64,000 nucleotides of DNA from Patescibacteria group bacterium (GCA_028748975.1 JAQTPI010000006.1:366-64365); one strand, 5' to 3'. Positions 1 through 10,288 are shown, counted from the first letter of the stretch. The notes: generated by a model from the letters alone, not told the origin. Numbers and translations: made by a program.

Positions 1-63
1 AACCCCGCCAGAAGCTCCGGCAGGGCTAAAAATACAGCTTGTGTTGTAAAATAGAAAAACTTA

Positions 64-387
64 TCAATGTTTTTTCCCCTGCTGCCTAAGCAATTCTTGT
101 TTTAATTCGCCTACCGTAGAAACCACCTTCTTCAAGCTAGCGCCGCAATGGCATAAGCCACAGGTAAAAATGGTTTCATTTTTATTGGTGTCGTGCACAA
201 AACCCACGCTTCCTTCGCATGTTGGATAATGAAAAATACGGGCCAAAACCAAGGGAAAAGCATCATAGTTTTCATCTTCAAACTGTTTACGGTCTATAAA
301 TACCGTAATCCTTTCTCCTTCATTCAAAAAAAAGGACGCAACGCACCTTATTTCCGTTCTTCTTGTTTTTCCTGTTTTTTCCGCCAC
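64..387 (-). CDS. hypothetical protein with a CxxC/CxC cysteine cluster (107 aa)
   Basis: Intact ORF. A CGLCHCG motif suggests a small zinc-binding protein. No recognisable family. Confidence 0.35.
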   Translation of the reverse strand: MAEKTGKTRRTEIRCVASFFLNEGERITVFIDRKQFEDENYDAFPLVLARIFHYPTCEGSVGFVHDTNKNETIFTCGLCHCGASLKKVVSTVGELKQELLRQQGKKH

Positions 388-521
388 TTCCGCCTCCTTT
401 TTTATATTTTTATCCTATTTTATTAAGACTAAAATAATTATAGCAAATTTAAAAAAATATGTCAAGGAAATAAAAAACCTCTGCCAGATAAACCGACAGA
501 GGTGATATTGAGTTCTTAGCA

Positions 522-896
522 TTATTTCTTCAGCCAGGCGATTAAGAACCACCTCAAATAGATGCGCTCGCCCGTGGGAAAGCGGAATGTCCACCACGGA
601 CCACCGCCCCACATAAGCTTATACCCGCGAAGGCCTTTAGGCAGACGCTGTTGATCCTTGCTGACCAACTCCAGTTTTTCCCTGGTCACCCTGGGATCTC
701 CGATGACCAAGCGTCCTTTGGTGCCGATCTTGGTCTTGGACGGAATCCGGGGAAGAGCTGGCGCGCATTTACCCGAAGTCCGCGCTGGCAGCTTTTTTTC
801 CGAAACTGCCACCAAACCGCGGTCGTAGGGATAGCCTGCAATTCTTTTTTTCAGGTCATAAAAATAATACTTTTTTTCCTCTCTGCCACGACTCAT
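522..896 (-). CDS. hypothetical protein (124 aa)
   Basis: Intact ORF with a basic, Gly/Trp-rich C-terminus. No family recognised. Confidence 0.3.
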   Translation of the reverse strand: MSRGREEKKYYFYDLKKRIAGYPYDRGLVAVSEKKLPARTSGKCAPALPRIPSKTKIGTKGRLVIGDPRVTREKLELVSKDQQRLPKGLRGYKLMWGGGPWWTFRFPTGERIYLRWFLIAWLKK

Positions 897-1006
897 ACTT
901 TTTTCTCCTTTTCTCTCACGCTTAGCGCGAGGTTTGGTTGTGAAACAGGGATCAACTAGTGCCTAGCCATTATAGTGCAAAAAGAGAAAGATGTCAAATT
1001 GACGTC

Positions 1007-1843
1007 TTACTCTTTCTCCACCACAATCATTGTTTTTGGCATACCCACTCGCAACACATGATAACCGCTCGGATAATCGGCGATGGCGTTAAACAAAAGT
1101 TCTTCCGGATATTGGTAATTTTCACCCGTGCCAAATCCGACATCATTGGTAATGAATTTTCTCGTCTGAAAATCAAAACCCCGAATGATAATCATATGGC
1201 GCTCGGGACCGGGTTGGGTGAAATGAATATTTTTTAATAATTGCCCGTTGGCCGGCACCACCACCAAATTGCCTTTTCTTAATTCCTGAATTATATTTTC
1301 ACTTGTAATGTTTTCTTCCAGCCGGACTTTTTGATAATTAAAACAGCCGACATAAAGCCGCTCAATCGTATCCGCGGCCGAAGTATCGCGCGACTCGCCA
1401 AAATTTTCTTCTTGAAATTCAACCATGCCCAAAATTTTTTCTTTAGCTTCGGTTTTGTTAATTTTATTAACTCCCTCGGCCCAGCTGACTGCGAGTAGCG
1501 TGGTCATTTCCTCACAGGCATCCTGCTGGCGCGGATCCTTCCATTCGCCAAATGGCGCCTGCACCACAAACGGCACGCCGGTGATATAAATTTTTTCTTC
1601 CGTGGTAGTGGCTTGAGACGTCTCAATTTTTTCTGATTTTGATTCTGACGGTTCTGCCGCCAAGGGCGTGGTCGTTGGAATATTTTCTAAAACTTCAATT
1701 GATTCGGTTGTCTGTTCGCTTACTGCTTTGATGATCGTTGGTTCAGAAATTTTTTTAATATCTAAAAAAAGAAAAGAGCCCAAAATCGCCGCCATTAACA
1801 GCCAAAAAAACATCTTTTGTTTTATCCGTAATTTGTATCTCAT
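1007..1843 (-). CDS. membrane-anchored/secreted papain-like (peptidase C39-like) domain protein
   Basis: N-terminal hydrophobic segment MFFWLLMAAILGSFLF. Gln...Cys (QQDACEEM), a later His (ERHMIII) and Asn/Asp (ITNDVGFG) are arranged like the C39-like/transglutaminase fold. Confidence 0.45.
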   Translation of the reverse strand: MRYKLRIKQKMFFWLLMAAILGSFLFLDIKKISEPTIIKAVSEQTTESIEVLENIPTTTPLAAEPSESKSEKIETSQATTTEEKIYITGVPFVVQAPFGEWKDPRQQDACEEMTTLLAVSWAEGVNKINKTEAKEKILGMVEFQEENFGESRDTSAADTIERLYVGCFNYQKVRLEENITSENIIQELRKGNLVVVPANGQLLKNIHFTQPGPERHMIIIRGFDFQTRKFITNDVGFGTGENYQYPEELLFNAIADYPSGYHVLRVGMPKTMIVVEKE

Positions 1844-2076
1844 AACACGTCTTTATTATTCCGCTTTTTGGTTGAAAAGTCAAAGATTGTTTGTCATGAT
1901 TAAAATCATGACATAAAAAACATCAAAATAAAGAAAAACAGTCCGATAAACATCGGACTGTTTCCCAATTTATTTCTTTATATCCTTATATCTTTATTAT
2001 TCTTTCGTGAATGGCACGAGATCCTTCGTCCTCTCCGCCCCTCGGCGGATCGTCCTCAGGATGACACAAACATAGT

Positions 2077-3588
2077 TTACCTCGCGTACTCAATCGTTCT
2101 GGTTTCGCGGATGACATTCACTTTAATTTCACCCGGATATTTCAATTCCTGTTCAATTTTATTGGCGATTTCCCGCGCCAATTTTTGCGCGCCCCAGTCA
2201 TCAATTTTTCCCGGTTCCACAAACACGCGCACTTCCCGGCCCGCCTGAATGGCATAGACTTTTTCCACGCCTTCAAAAGTTTTAGCTGTATCTTCCAGTT
2301 CGGTCAATCGTTGAATATAATTTTCATAACTGTCTTTGCGCGCGCCTGGTCGAGCACCCGAAATGGCGTCCGCCACTTTGGCAATCAAGCCTTCCAAAGT
2401 TGAGGGCTGGTCCAAATGATGTTCGCCCGCCACTTTGGCCACTTCTTCCGGCAAACCGAATTTTTTCAAAATATTATAACCGATTTCCGGGTGCGTTCCT
2501 TCCACCTCGTGGTCCACCGCTTTGCCAATGTCATGCAACAGCCCGGCTTTTTTAGCCAAATTCACATTGGCGCCAAGCTCGGCCGCGAGTAACGCTGAGA
2601 GCTGCGCCACTTCCACGCTGTGCTGTAAAACATTCTGGCCATAAGAAGTGCGGAATCTTAAACGGCCGAGTACTTGAATCAATTTGGGATCAAGTCCGGC
2701 CACGCCTACTTCGTAGGCCGCGTCTTCGCCGGCTTTTTTAATTTCCAAAGCAATCTCTTGTTTGGCCGCTTCAATCGCTTCTTCAATCCGGCCCGGATGA
2801 ATCCGGCCATCAGCGATTAATTTTTCCAAAGCCACTTTGGCCACCTGGCGTCGAATCGGTGAAAATCCGGAAACAATAATACTCTCCGGCGTGTCATCAA
2901 TCACAATATCCACGCCTAATTGCGTTTCCAAAGTTTTAATATTTCTGCCTTCCCGGCCGATAATCCGGCCTTTCATTTCGTCTGAGGGTAAAGTAATCAC
3001 GGTCGTGGTTGTTTCCGCCGCATGGCTGGAAGCACAGCGCTCAATTACCGCGCTCAAAATATGTTTGGCTTCCTTGTTCCATTCTTCCTGTGTTTCATTT
3101 TGAATTTTTCTCACCCGGCTCAACAGTTCTTCTTTGACATCGCGCTCGGTGTTGTCCAAAAGAATTTTTTGCGCCTCTTCCTTGGTTAAGCCGGCGATTT
3201 TTTGCAGTTTTTCCATCTGTTCCTCGCGAATTTTGATTATTTCCGCTTTGGCCGCTTCCAATTTCTCGCCTTTATTCAAAAGTTCTTGCTTCTTATCTTC
3301 AAATTCCAAAAGTTTCTGGTCAAACAACGCTTCGCGTTTTTCCAAACGGCGCTGAATTTCCAAAATTTCCTTGCGGCGCTCGCTTTCTTCGCGCTTGGAT
3401 TCATCAATGATTTTAATGGCTTTTTCTTTGGCTGCCAATAAAAAATCTTTTTCCTTGTTTTTGGCCTCTTCCAAAATTTTCATGGCTCGGGCTTCCGCCG
3501 ATTCGGCATAACGTTTTACCATGTAGCGCCGCACCAAATAGCCGATGCCGAGTCCGACAATCAGTCCGATTAAAGTGCTTAAAAACAT
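2077..3588 (-). CDS. rny: ribonuclease Y
   Basis: N-terminal TM helix, coiled-coil region, KH domain (GREGRNIKTLETQLGVDIVID) and HD domain (LLHDIGKAVDHEVEGTHPEIG). Length 503 aa. Confidence 0.9.
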   Translation of the reverse strand: MFLSTLIGLIVGLGIGYLVRRYMVKRYAESAEARAMKILEEAKNKEKDFLLAAKEKAIKIIDESKREESERRKEILEIQRRLEKREALFDQKLLEFEDKKQELLNKGEKLEAAKAEIIKIREEQMEKLQKIAGLTKEEAQKILLDNTERDVKEELLSRVRKIQNETQEEWNKEAKHILSAVIERCASSHAAETTTTVITLPSDEMKGRIIGREGRNIKTLETQLGVDIVIDDTPESIIVSGFSPIRRQVAKVALEKLIADGRIHPGRIEEAIEAAKQEIALEIKKAGEDAAYEVGVAGLDPKLIQVLGRLRFRTSYGQNVLQHSVEVAQLSALLAAELGANVNLAKKAGLLHDIGKAVDHEVEGTHPEIGYNILKKFGLPEEVAKVAGEHHLDQPSTLEGLIAKVADAISGARPGARKDSYENYIQRLTELEDTAKTFEGVEKVYAIQAGREVRVFVEPGKIDDWGAQKLAREIANKIEQELKYPGEIKVNVIRETRTIEYAR

Positions 3589-3844
3589 AAAAACTCCTCA
3601 AATTCAAAACAGGAACTTAAAAGGAGTTTGGGGGAAATTTTTTAAATTTTCAGCACAGCCAAAAACCGGCCTTAGGCCAACTTTTTTATTTCTAAACTAT
3701 TAAATTCAACGAATAACTTAGTTAAAAAAGTCATAATATCCATCCAAAATTGGGCTAATTTAAGCTGAAATTTCCCCTGACTGCCTCAAAAACCTGTTTC
3801 TAAAATTAATTGATTACCTATTAAGTATAGCACACCTTGCTTTT

Positions 3845-3985
3845 TGATGCAAGGTAAGCACCAAATTACAAATTCCAAATAACAAACAATTGGCGCGAGG
3901 GCGCCAATTGTTTAGGATTTGAATTTTGATATTTAAAATTTGTTTGTATTTTGGTGCTTGTTGTTTGGAATTTATTTAATTATCT
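3845..3985. repeat. large hairpin element (arms of CAAATTACAA/GCACCAAA-type units around a central TTGGCGC-N3-GCGCCAA hairpin)
   Basis: Same architecture at 48110-48250 and 56575-56745. Confidence 0.55.
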
Positions 3986-4553
3986 TGTCAATCAGCCCGT
4001 ACTTCTTCGCCTCCTCCGCGCTCATGAAATAATCGCGGTCACTGTCTTTTTCAATTTTTTCAATCGCTTGGCCGGTGTGCTCCGCCAAAATTTTATTCAA
4101 TTTATCTTTCACTTTCAAAATATGCTCGGCATTAATTTTAATGTCCGAAGCCTGGCCTTCGGCTCCGCCCATCACCTGGTGTAAAAGAACTTCGGCATTG
4201 GGCAAAATAAATCTTTTGCCGTTTTTGCCAGCTGTCAAAAGCACCGCGGCCATGGAAGCCGCCATGCCCACGCCAATTGTTTGCACGTCGCATTTCACGT
4301 ATTGCATGGTGTCATAAATCGCCATGCCAGCTGTGACCGCGCCGCCCGGCGAATTAATGTAAAGCTTGATGTCTTTTTTTTCATCTTCGGCCGCCAAAAA
4401 CAAAAGCTGGGCAATGACGGTGTTGGCCAAATCATCGGTAATTTGCCCGCCCAAAAAAATTATTCTTTCCTTTAACAGGCGCGAATAAATATCATAGGCT
4501 CGTTCACCAAAATTAGATTTTTCAATAACCGTAGGAATTAAGTGCATAAACAA
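3972..4553 (-). CDS. clpP: ATP-dependent Clp protease proteolytic subunit
   Basis: ClpP hallmarks [36 protein letters not shown] and catalytic Ser/His/Asp context. 193 aa. Confidence 0.9.
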   Translation of the reverse strand: MFMHLIPTVIEKSNFGERAYDIYSRLLKERIIFLGGQITDDLANTVIAQLLFLAAEDEKKDIKLYINSPGGAVTAGMAIYDTMQYVKCDVQTIGVGMAASMAAVLLTAGKNGKRFILPNAEVLLHQVMGGAEGQASDIKINAEHILKVKDKLNKILAEHTGQAIEKIEKDSDRDYFMSAEEAKKYGLIDKIIK

Positions 4554-4680
4554 GTAATCAGAAATAAGTAATCAGTAATCAGGGTAGCCACCTTTACGGC
4601 TTAGCCACAAAGGTGGCTTTGTTCCTGTTTTCAGATTTCTAATTTCTGTTTTCTAAATTATATTTTTATTGTACCACACC

Positions 4681-5625
4681 TTATTCTATCTTCCAACCTC
4701 CGTCTTCTGTTTTTACTAATTTACCTTTAACCAAAAACGCTGCCGCTTTTTTATGCCCGCCGCCGCCCAGCTCCTTGGCCAATCTGGCCACATCCGCCTT
4801 TTTACTGCGCCAGCTCACTTTAATCATGCCATCGTCACCCTCTTTTAAAACCATAGTAATTTCCGCTTCTTTGTTTTGCTGTAAAAAATTACTCAAAATA
4901 TCAGTTTCCGCTCCTTCTTCCGCCAAATCCTCCTTGGTCAAAACCAAAAAAAGAATATTTAATTTTTCATTAAATTGCAGGCGTGATAAAAATTTTCCCA
5001 AAAATTTCAATTCCGGCAATTGCTGGCTATTAAACATTCTTTTTTTAATCAAATTAAAATCCGCTCCGCGGGCGACCAAAGCCGCTGCCTTTTTTACTGT
5101 TTCACCAGAAGTATTGGCAAAAGCAAATAAGCCGGTGTCGGTCAAAATCCCGGTCAAAAGCGCGGTCGCTGTTTCTTTTTGATATTTAAAATTAACATGT
5201 TGAAAAAAATCATAAATAACTTCGCAGGTGGAAGAAATATTTTTAATGGCATTGATGTCGCCCGCGCCGCGATTGGTGACGTGGTGGTCAATTTCAATTA
5301 TAAGCGGATGATCAGTGTCTTGTAAAAAATCGGCTATACCGGTCCGCTTAATATCGCCCGCGTCCAAAACCAAAACCGTATCATATTTTTCCATTTTCAA
5401 GTTTTTCATTCCCACTAAAATTTTCTCCGTATGCGCTAAAAAATCAAAATCATTTGGCAATTCTTCATCCAAAATTATTTCGTATTTTTTATTAAGACTA
5501 ATCAAATAATCCGCCATAGCTGAAAGCGCCCCCAAACAATCGCCATCCGGTCTAGGGTGCCCCACCAAAAGCACACTCTCCGCTTTCATTAGAGCCTGTT
5601 GAATTTTATTGAATTCGTTAATCAT
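4681..5625 (-). CDS. nrnA: DHH-family phosphoesterase (NrnA-like oligoribonuclease/pAp phosphatase)
   Basis: DHH motifs (GHPRPDGDCLGA, DHHV) and a DHHA1-like C-terminus with GGGH. Start trimmed to MINEFNK (ATG at 5625). The upstream 222 nt of the ORF-track call overlaps a terminator and the small upstream gene. Confidence 0.75.
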   Translation of the reverse strand: MINEFNKIQQALMKAESVLLVGHPRPDGDCLGALSAMADYLISLNKKYEIILDEELPNDFDFLAHTEKILVGMKNLKMEKYDTVLVLDAGDIKRTGIADFLQDTDHPLIIEIDHHVTNRGAGDINAIKNISSTCEVIYDFFQHVNFKYQKETATALLTGILTDTGLFAFANTSGETVKKAAALVARGADFNLIKKRMFNSQQLPELKFLGKFLSRLQFNEKLNILFLVLTKEDLAEEGAETDILSNFLQQNKEAEITMVLKEGDDGMIKVSWRSKKADVARLAKELGGGGHKKAAAFLVKGKLVKTEDGGWKIE

Positions 5626-5732
5626 AAAGACATTAAAGTAGTATAAATCTTTTTCCAAAAAGAAGCAAGAATACAAAATAAAAACCCCGTGTAATGAATT
5701 ACGCGGGGTGACACCGTGGCGATGTCTTGCGT

Positions 5733-5945
5733 TCATGTCGTGGCCGAGTTTGGCGCGAGCCAGCCGGTGAAATAGTGGGCTATCGTCATTCCCGAAAGGA
5801 AATAACACAGAAGACTCACAGATGCCCAAACACCGGCTACCGGGCAAGCGAATGCCGTCCGATTCGCGACTGCCATCATCACGGTGGCGAATAACCCTGC
5901 CACAAACGAAATGATGGCCGCGACCAAATATTGTCTCTTTCTCAT
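5733..5945 (-). CDS. small hydrophobic membrane protein (70 aa, 2 predicted TM helices)
   Basis: Strong RBS AGGAGGTG 8 nt upstream of ATG. Two hydrophobic helices. Followed on the minus strand by a hairpin plus T-run terminator near 5676-5709. Confidence 0.5.
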   Translation of the reverse strand: MRKRQYLVAAIISFVAGLFATVMMAVANRTAFACPVAGVWASVSLLCYFLSGMTIAHYFTGWLAPNSATT

Positions 5946-6167
5946 CTTTTTTTCACCTCCTTTCGTTATTTTGGCTACTTCTATAAAGCTTTTTAGCTAC
6001 TCCTATTATAGCATGCCTAACTTTTCTTGTCAACTATTAAATTGTGGGTAAGTCAAACTTTTACTATTTTTTGGCTAAAATTAGCTAAAAATTAGTAATA
6101 TTTTTTCAAATAAAAAATCGCCTCAATCAGAACGATTTTTATTATTGCTTTATTACTTTTAATGCTT

Positions 6168-6512
6168 TTATTCCTTAATTTCCAATCCCCCAATCAACCT
6201 CTCAATTCCTTCCGCCTTTTCTTCCGTGTCATCAATTTCAAAAATCAATTTGGGAATTTTCCTAAAACTTACTCGCCGATTAAGATATTCAATCAGGTCT
6301 TGATGATGAATTTGCAGTGTTTTTAGAGCGGCGCTGGATTTTTCAAAAGGCAAACAAGAAACAAGAATGCGCGCTGACTGTAAATTTTCCGCCACTTTAA
6401 TACCCACCAGCGTGACAAAAATTCCCTCGTCAAATTCTACCACCTGCTTAATCGCCTGGTTTAATTCTTCCAAAAAAATTTGATCCAATTTTTCTTGACG
6501 GTGGTGGCTCAT
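6168..6512 (-). CDS. rbfA: ribosome-binding factor A
   Basis: RbfA-like sequence pattern (R..E.L.....F..V..V.....A.V.V) and conserved position directly downstream of infB. Confidence 0.7.
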   Translation of the reverse strand: MSHHRQEKLDQIFLEELNQAIKQVVEFDEGIFVTLVGIKVAENLQSARILVSCLPFEKSSAALKTLQIHHQDLIEYLNRRVSFRKIPKLIFEIDDTEEKAEGIERLIGGLEIKE

Positions 6513-6652
6513 AAAAACATTTTAGCATCTTAGCATTAAAGCATAAAAGCATTAAAGCAAAACTCAATTAATAAAATTCGAGAAGCTGTTGCGACTATTG
6601 CGATTTCGTCGTGCGAGCTTAGCGGAGCATTGAGCGGATGATACTGCTTGCG

Positions 6653-6869
6653 CCTGCCGCCTTAAAAAAGTTTTGGTATAAAAGCGAGCTGAGTCGGAAC
6701 GGTTTTCTGCCGCAGCAGAAAAAATTTTGCTTCTGTCTGACGCAGTTCCGCCGAAGTCCTTAGAGGACGAGGCGGAACAAGGAGTTAACAAAATTAGTGA
6801 CGACGAGGTCGCTTTTGTCAAAACTTTTTTACAGCGGCGATTTTGGCGCCACCTTTATAAAAAGGTGGC
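6653..6869. repeat. structured ~215-bp intergenic element, copy 1 (downstream of infB, upstream of rbfA)
   Basis: About 93% identical to 60825-61038. The differences are compensatory within two hairpins. Terminal hairpin GCCACCTTT-ATAAA-AAGGTGGC. Confidence 0.7.
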
Positions 6870-6876
6870 AAGAAAA

Positions 6877-8880
6877 CTATTTCTCTTCCACCACATAAAA
6901 TTCCAAAATATCCCCCTCTTTAATCACATTCGTCCCTTCCACTGAAATTCCGCATTCTTCCCCCTCTACTACCTCCTTCATATTTTCCTTGCCGCACTGA
7001 ATACGCAGTGCTTTGCCTTTAGCCACCACTGTTTCGCCGTGCACCACATTAATTTCCGCCGCCGGTATGGCCTTGCCTTCCCAGATTTTAACTCCCACCA
7101 ACTGTGCTTTCTTTTCCGTGCGGAAAATTTTAATCACTCGGCCCTTGCCCAAACTCTTTACCACGCTCTCGGTTTTCGTCAATGCTTTTACTTTTTCCGC
7201 CACAAAATCCAACAGTTCATAAATAATTGGTGAAATTTTTACCTCCACGCCCAAATTGGCGGCCATGGTCTCGGCCTCCGGCATAATTTTATTATGAAAA
7301 CCAATCACGTCCGCGCCCAAATTTTTGGCCTGTTCAATATCGCCTTCATTAATATTTCCCAGTCCTTGCTTCACTACTTTAATTTTTACTCCTTTGTTTT
7401 CCAGTTTGGTCAGCGCTTCCAAAATTGCTTCCACTGACCCCAAAACATCCGCCTTCAAAACCAAATTAACATTGGCGCCTGTTTCTTTTTCTTCGCCGTT
7501 TTCATCTTTATTCACGCTTCGGGTGTTAACTTCTTCTCTTTTCATTAAACGATGTTTGTTTTGGTCAGTCATTTTCAAAAGCTGACGAATTTCTTTTTTA
7601 TCGCTGACTTCTGAAAGAATATCGCCGACCAGCGGCACCGCTTTCAGCCCCAAAATTCTAACTGGCATGGAGGGCGTGGCCTTCTCCACCTCTGCGCCAT
7701 GCCAATTTTTTAGTGCTCTAATTTTGCTTACTGACTGGCCGATTTTAACCACGTCGCCGCGGTTTAAAGTTCCGGTTTGCACAATACAAGTGGCCACCGG
7801 CCCCAAACCCTTGTCCAGACGCGCCTCAATAATCGTGCCGACTGCCGCCCGGTTGGGATTGCCCTGAATTTTTTCTTTTTCCATTTCATAGACCAAGATC
7901 AAGGTGTCCAAAAGACCGTCAATATTTATTTTTTCTTTAGCCGAAATTTCCACGCAAATCGTCTTACCGCCCCAATCTTCCGGCGCCACGCCCATCTCGG
8001 ACAGTGCTGTTTTAATTTTATCCACGTTGGCATCCGGCTTATCAATTTTATTAATCGCCACCACAAACGGCAAACCAGCCGAACGAATTAATGACAGCGC
8101 TTCAATAGTCTGCGGTTGCACGCCATCATCAGCCGCCACCACCAAAATTGCCAAATCCGCTACCGCTGCCCCGCGCGAACGCATGGCCGAAAAAGCTTCA
8201 TGGCCCGGCGTGTCAATGAAAGTTATCTGTTGCCCATTTTTAACGACTTGGTAGGCGCCAATATGCTGGGTAATGCCCCCGGCTTCGCCCGAGACCACAT
8301 CAGTGGAGCGAATGGCATCCAAAAGTTTTGTCTTGCCATGGTCCACGTGTCCCATCACCACCACGACTGGCGGCCGCGGCGACAAATTTTTGGCCTCGTC
8401 GCCGAAAATTTTTGTTCGTTCTTCTTTTTCTTTTTCCCAATCAACCTTTTCTCCGCCCGCCTCTTTTTTCACTTCAAAACCAAAATCAGCGGCAATCAAA
8501 AGCGCGGTTTCAAAATCCACCCGTTCATTAATGGAAGCCATCACTCCGTTTTTCATTAATTGTAAAATCAAGCGTGTCACCGGCACATTCAACTTAATGG
8601 CCAGTTCTTTCACGGTAATGGTGTCGCCCACCTCCACAATTCTGCTTTGTCCCGCCAAGAGTGGCGTCGTCATCTCTTTAACTGTTTTTAATTTCTGTCC
8701 GCCCTCGCCCAAAAACTTCTCGCGCACGCGCGGATCCTGAAATTTATGGAAAATATCCCGCGCCACCCGGTCGTCAACTTTAATCGCTTTTTTGCCAATG
8801 TCAAAACCAAGCTGCGGCAGAATTTCCAATAGCTTCGTGGTCGGCACTTTGACTTGGCGTGAAAGTTCGGTGACGTTCAT
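6877..8880 (-). CDS. infB: translation initiation factor IF-2
   Basis: N-terminal IF2_N, GTPase domain with VVVMGHVDHGKTKLLD, DTPGHEAF, NKID, and a C-terminal beta-barrel domain. 667 aa. Confidence 0.95.
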   Translation of the reverse strand: MNVTELSRQVKVPTTKLLEILPQLGFDIGKKAIKVDDRVARDIFHKFQDPRVREKFLGEGGQKLKTVKEMTTPLLAGQSRIVEVGDTITVKELAIKLNVPVTRLILQLMKNGVMASINERVDFETALLIAADFGFEVKKEAGGEKVDWEKEKEERTKIFGDEAKNLSPRPPVVVVMGHVDHGKTKLLDAIRSTDVVSGEAGGITQHIGAYQVVKNGQQITFIDTPGHEAFSAMRSRGAAVADLAILVVAADDGVQPQTIEALSLIRSAGLPFVVAINKIDKPDANVDKIKTALSEMGVAPEDWGGKTICVEISAKEKINIDGLLDTLILVYEMEKEKIQGNPNRAAVGTIIEARLDKGLGPVATCIVQTGTLNRGDVVKIGQSVSKIRALKNWHGAEVEKATPSMPVRILGLKAVPLVGDILSEVSDKKEIRQLLKMTDQNKHRLMKREEVNTRSVNKDENGEEKETGANVNLVLKADVLGSVEAILEALTKLENKGVKIKVVKQGLGNINEGDIEQAKNLGADVIGFHNKIMPEAETMAANLGVEVKISPIIYELLDFVAEKVKALTKTESVVKSLGKGRVIKIFRTEKKAQLVGVKIWEGKAIPAAEINVVHGETVVAKGKALRIQCGKENMKEVVEGEECGISVEGTNVIKEGDILEFYVVEEK

Positions 8881-9133
8881 AAAGTTAAAAACTCAAAACA
8901 CAATAAACAAGAAGCAAGAATTAAGAGTTAAGAATTAAGGTTACTAGTCTTGAGTTTTGCTAATTGAGTTTTGGGTTTTGTAGTTTAATTCTATCATCTT
9001 CCCCTTATTTTGTAAACTCCTCGCATTTGACCTCTTTTCACTATCGCGATATACTGTATTATTAACCATTGAGATAGAGAAACTTATTTGTACTATTTGT
9101 ATATTTGTACTTGATTTGTAATTCGTATTATCT

Positions 9134-10288
9134 ATGTTAGAAATTAATCAACAAATCATCTCCCAAATTGAAAAAGCCCGTCAAATTTTGCTTGTTTTCA
9201 AGAAAAATTGGGAAACTGATTCCGTAGCGAGCGCCTTGGCTCTGTTTTTGTGGCTGAAAAAAACCGACAAACTGGTTGATGTCATGGCTGATGGCTTTAT
9301 AGCGCCGGCTGAATTAAAATTTTTACCCGCTCTTGAAGAAATCAAACCAGAACTTCATAATCTCCAAAAATTTGTTATCAACCTGAAATTAAATCAAAAC
9401 CAAGTTTCCGATTTTGCTTATGACACAGACGGCGATAATTTAAAAATTTTTCTCACGCCCAAAACCGGCGAATTTAAAGAAAGCGATGTCACGGCCGGCC
9501 AAAGCAATTTTCTTTATGATTTAATCATCACTGTGGACACGCCGGACCTTAATTCTTTGGGCGCTATCTATGAAAAAAATCTGGATTTCTTTTTCAACAC
9601 TCCTTTGATTAATTTTGACCACGCCACCGGAAACGAACATTTCGGACAAATTAATCTGATTGATGTCCGCGCCAATTCCACAGCTGAAATTATCTATCAA
9701 TTTCTCCATGACAATTTTTCTGCCAATTTTGATGAAAATATCGCCACCTGCCTGTTGGCGGGTATTATGGGCGCCACCACCGGTTTTAAAACAGGCAACA
9801 TTTCCCCGCAAACCCTGGGTATCACCTCTGAGTTATTGGCCCTTGGCTCCAACCGCGAACAAATTGTCCAAAATCTTTTTCACGCCAAATCACTTTCTGC
9901 TCTCAAACTTTGGGGCCGGCTTTTAGCCCGGCTCCAGCCTGACCGCGCCAATCATTTGGTCTGGTCGCTTCTTTCCTATGATGATTTCATCAAATCCGGC
10001 GCCACGCCCACTGATATCAAAGGCGCAGTCAAAGAATTAGTAACTTCTCTGCCACAGGCGGAAATTATTTTAATTTTGTACGAACAGCCCTCGGGCGAAG
10101 TCGGCACGGAAGCGCTCGCTGTCCACGGCCAGCTTTTCACTTCACCCAATTACAGCGCCCTGGATTTGGTGCGCGCCTTTCGCCCCGCCGGCGACAAAAC
10201 CTTTGCTCATTTTATTATTCCCGAAGCCAAACTCCTGGAGGCGGAGAAAATTATGATTGATGAAATCAGAAAAAAAATTGCGAATTAA
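9134..10288 (+). CDS. DHH-family phosphoesterase-like protein (second NrnA-like paralog)
   Basis: DHH-like motif FDHATGNEHFG and a Gly-rich DHHA1-like segment. 384 aa. Followed by a GC hairpin terminator at 10322-10362. Confidence 0.5.
   Translation: MLEINQQIISQIEKARQILLVFKKNWETDSVASALALFLWLKKTDKLVDVMADGFIAPAELKFLPALEEIKPELHNLQKFVINLKLNQNQVSDFAYDTDGDNLKIFLTPKTGEFKESDVTAGQSNFLYDLIITVDTPDLNSLGAIYEKNLDFFFNTPLINFDHATGNEHFGQINLIDVRANSTAEIIYQFLHDNFSANFDENIATCLLAGIMGATTGFKTGNISPQTLGITSELLALGSNREQIVQNLFHAKSLSALKLWGRLLARLQPDRANHLVWSLLSYDDFIKSGATPTDIKGAVKELVTSLPQAEIILILYEQPSGEVGTEALAVHGQLFTSPNYSALDLVRAFRPAGDKTFAHFIIPEAKLLEAEKIMIDEIRKKIAN

Noticed and set aside
193-426. 77-aa plus-strand ORF and other short ORFs in the first 1 kb (415-612, 651-959, 959-1237)
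   Set aside because: They overlap the opposite-strand ORFs and have low-complexity translations. No RBS support.
5700-5950. GC-rich structured region considered as RNase P RNA, SRP RNA or tmRNA
   Set aside because: No P4/RNase P consensus (AGGAAAGUCCGG), no SRP GGAA motif context, and no tag-peptide reading frame. A strong RBS plus a 70-aa two-helix ORF explains it as a small membrane protein gene with its terminator.
7013-8740. Multiple plus-strand ORFs (7013-7222, 7325-7585, 7904-8254, 8116-8559, 8273-8740, etc.) overlapping infB
   Set aside because: They are antisense to a confidently identified, continuous infB CDS. They have low-complexity translations and no RBS.
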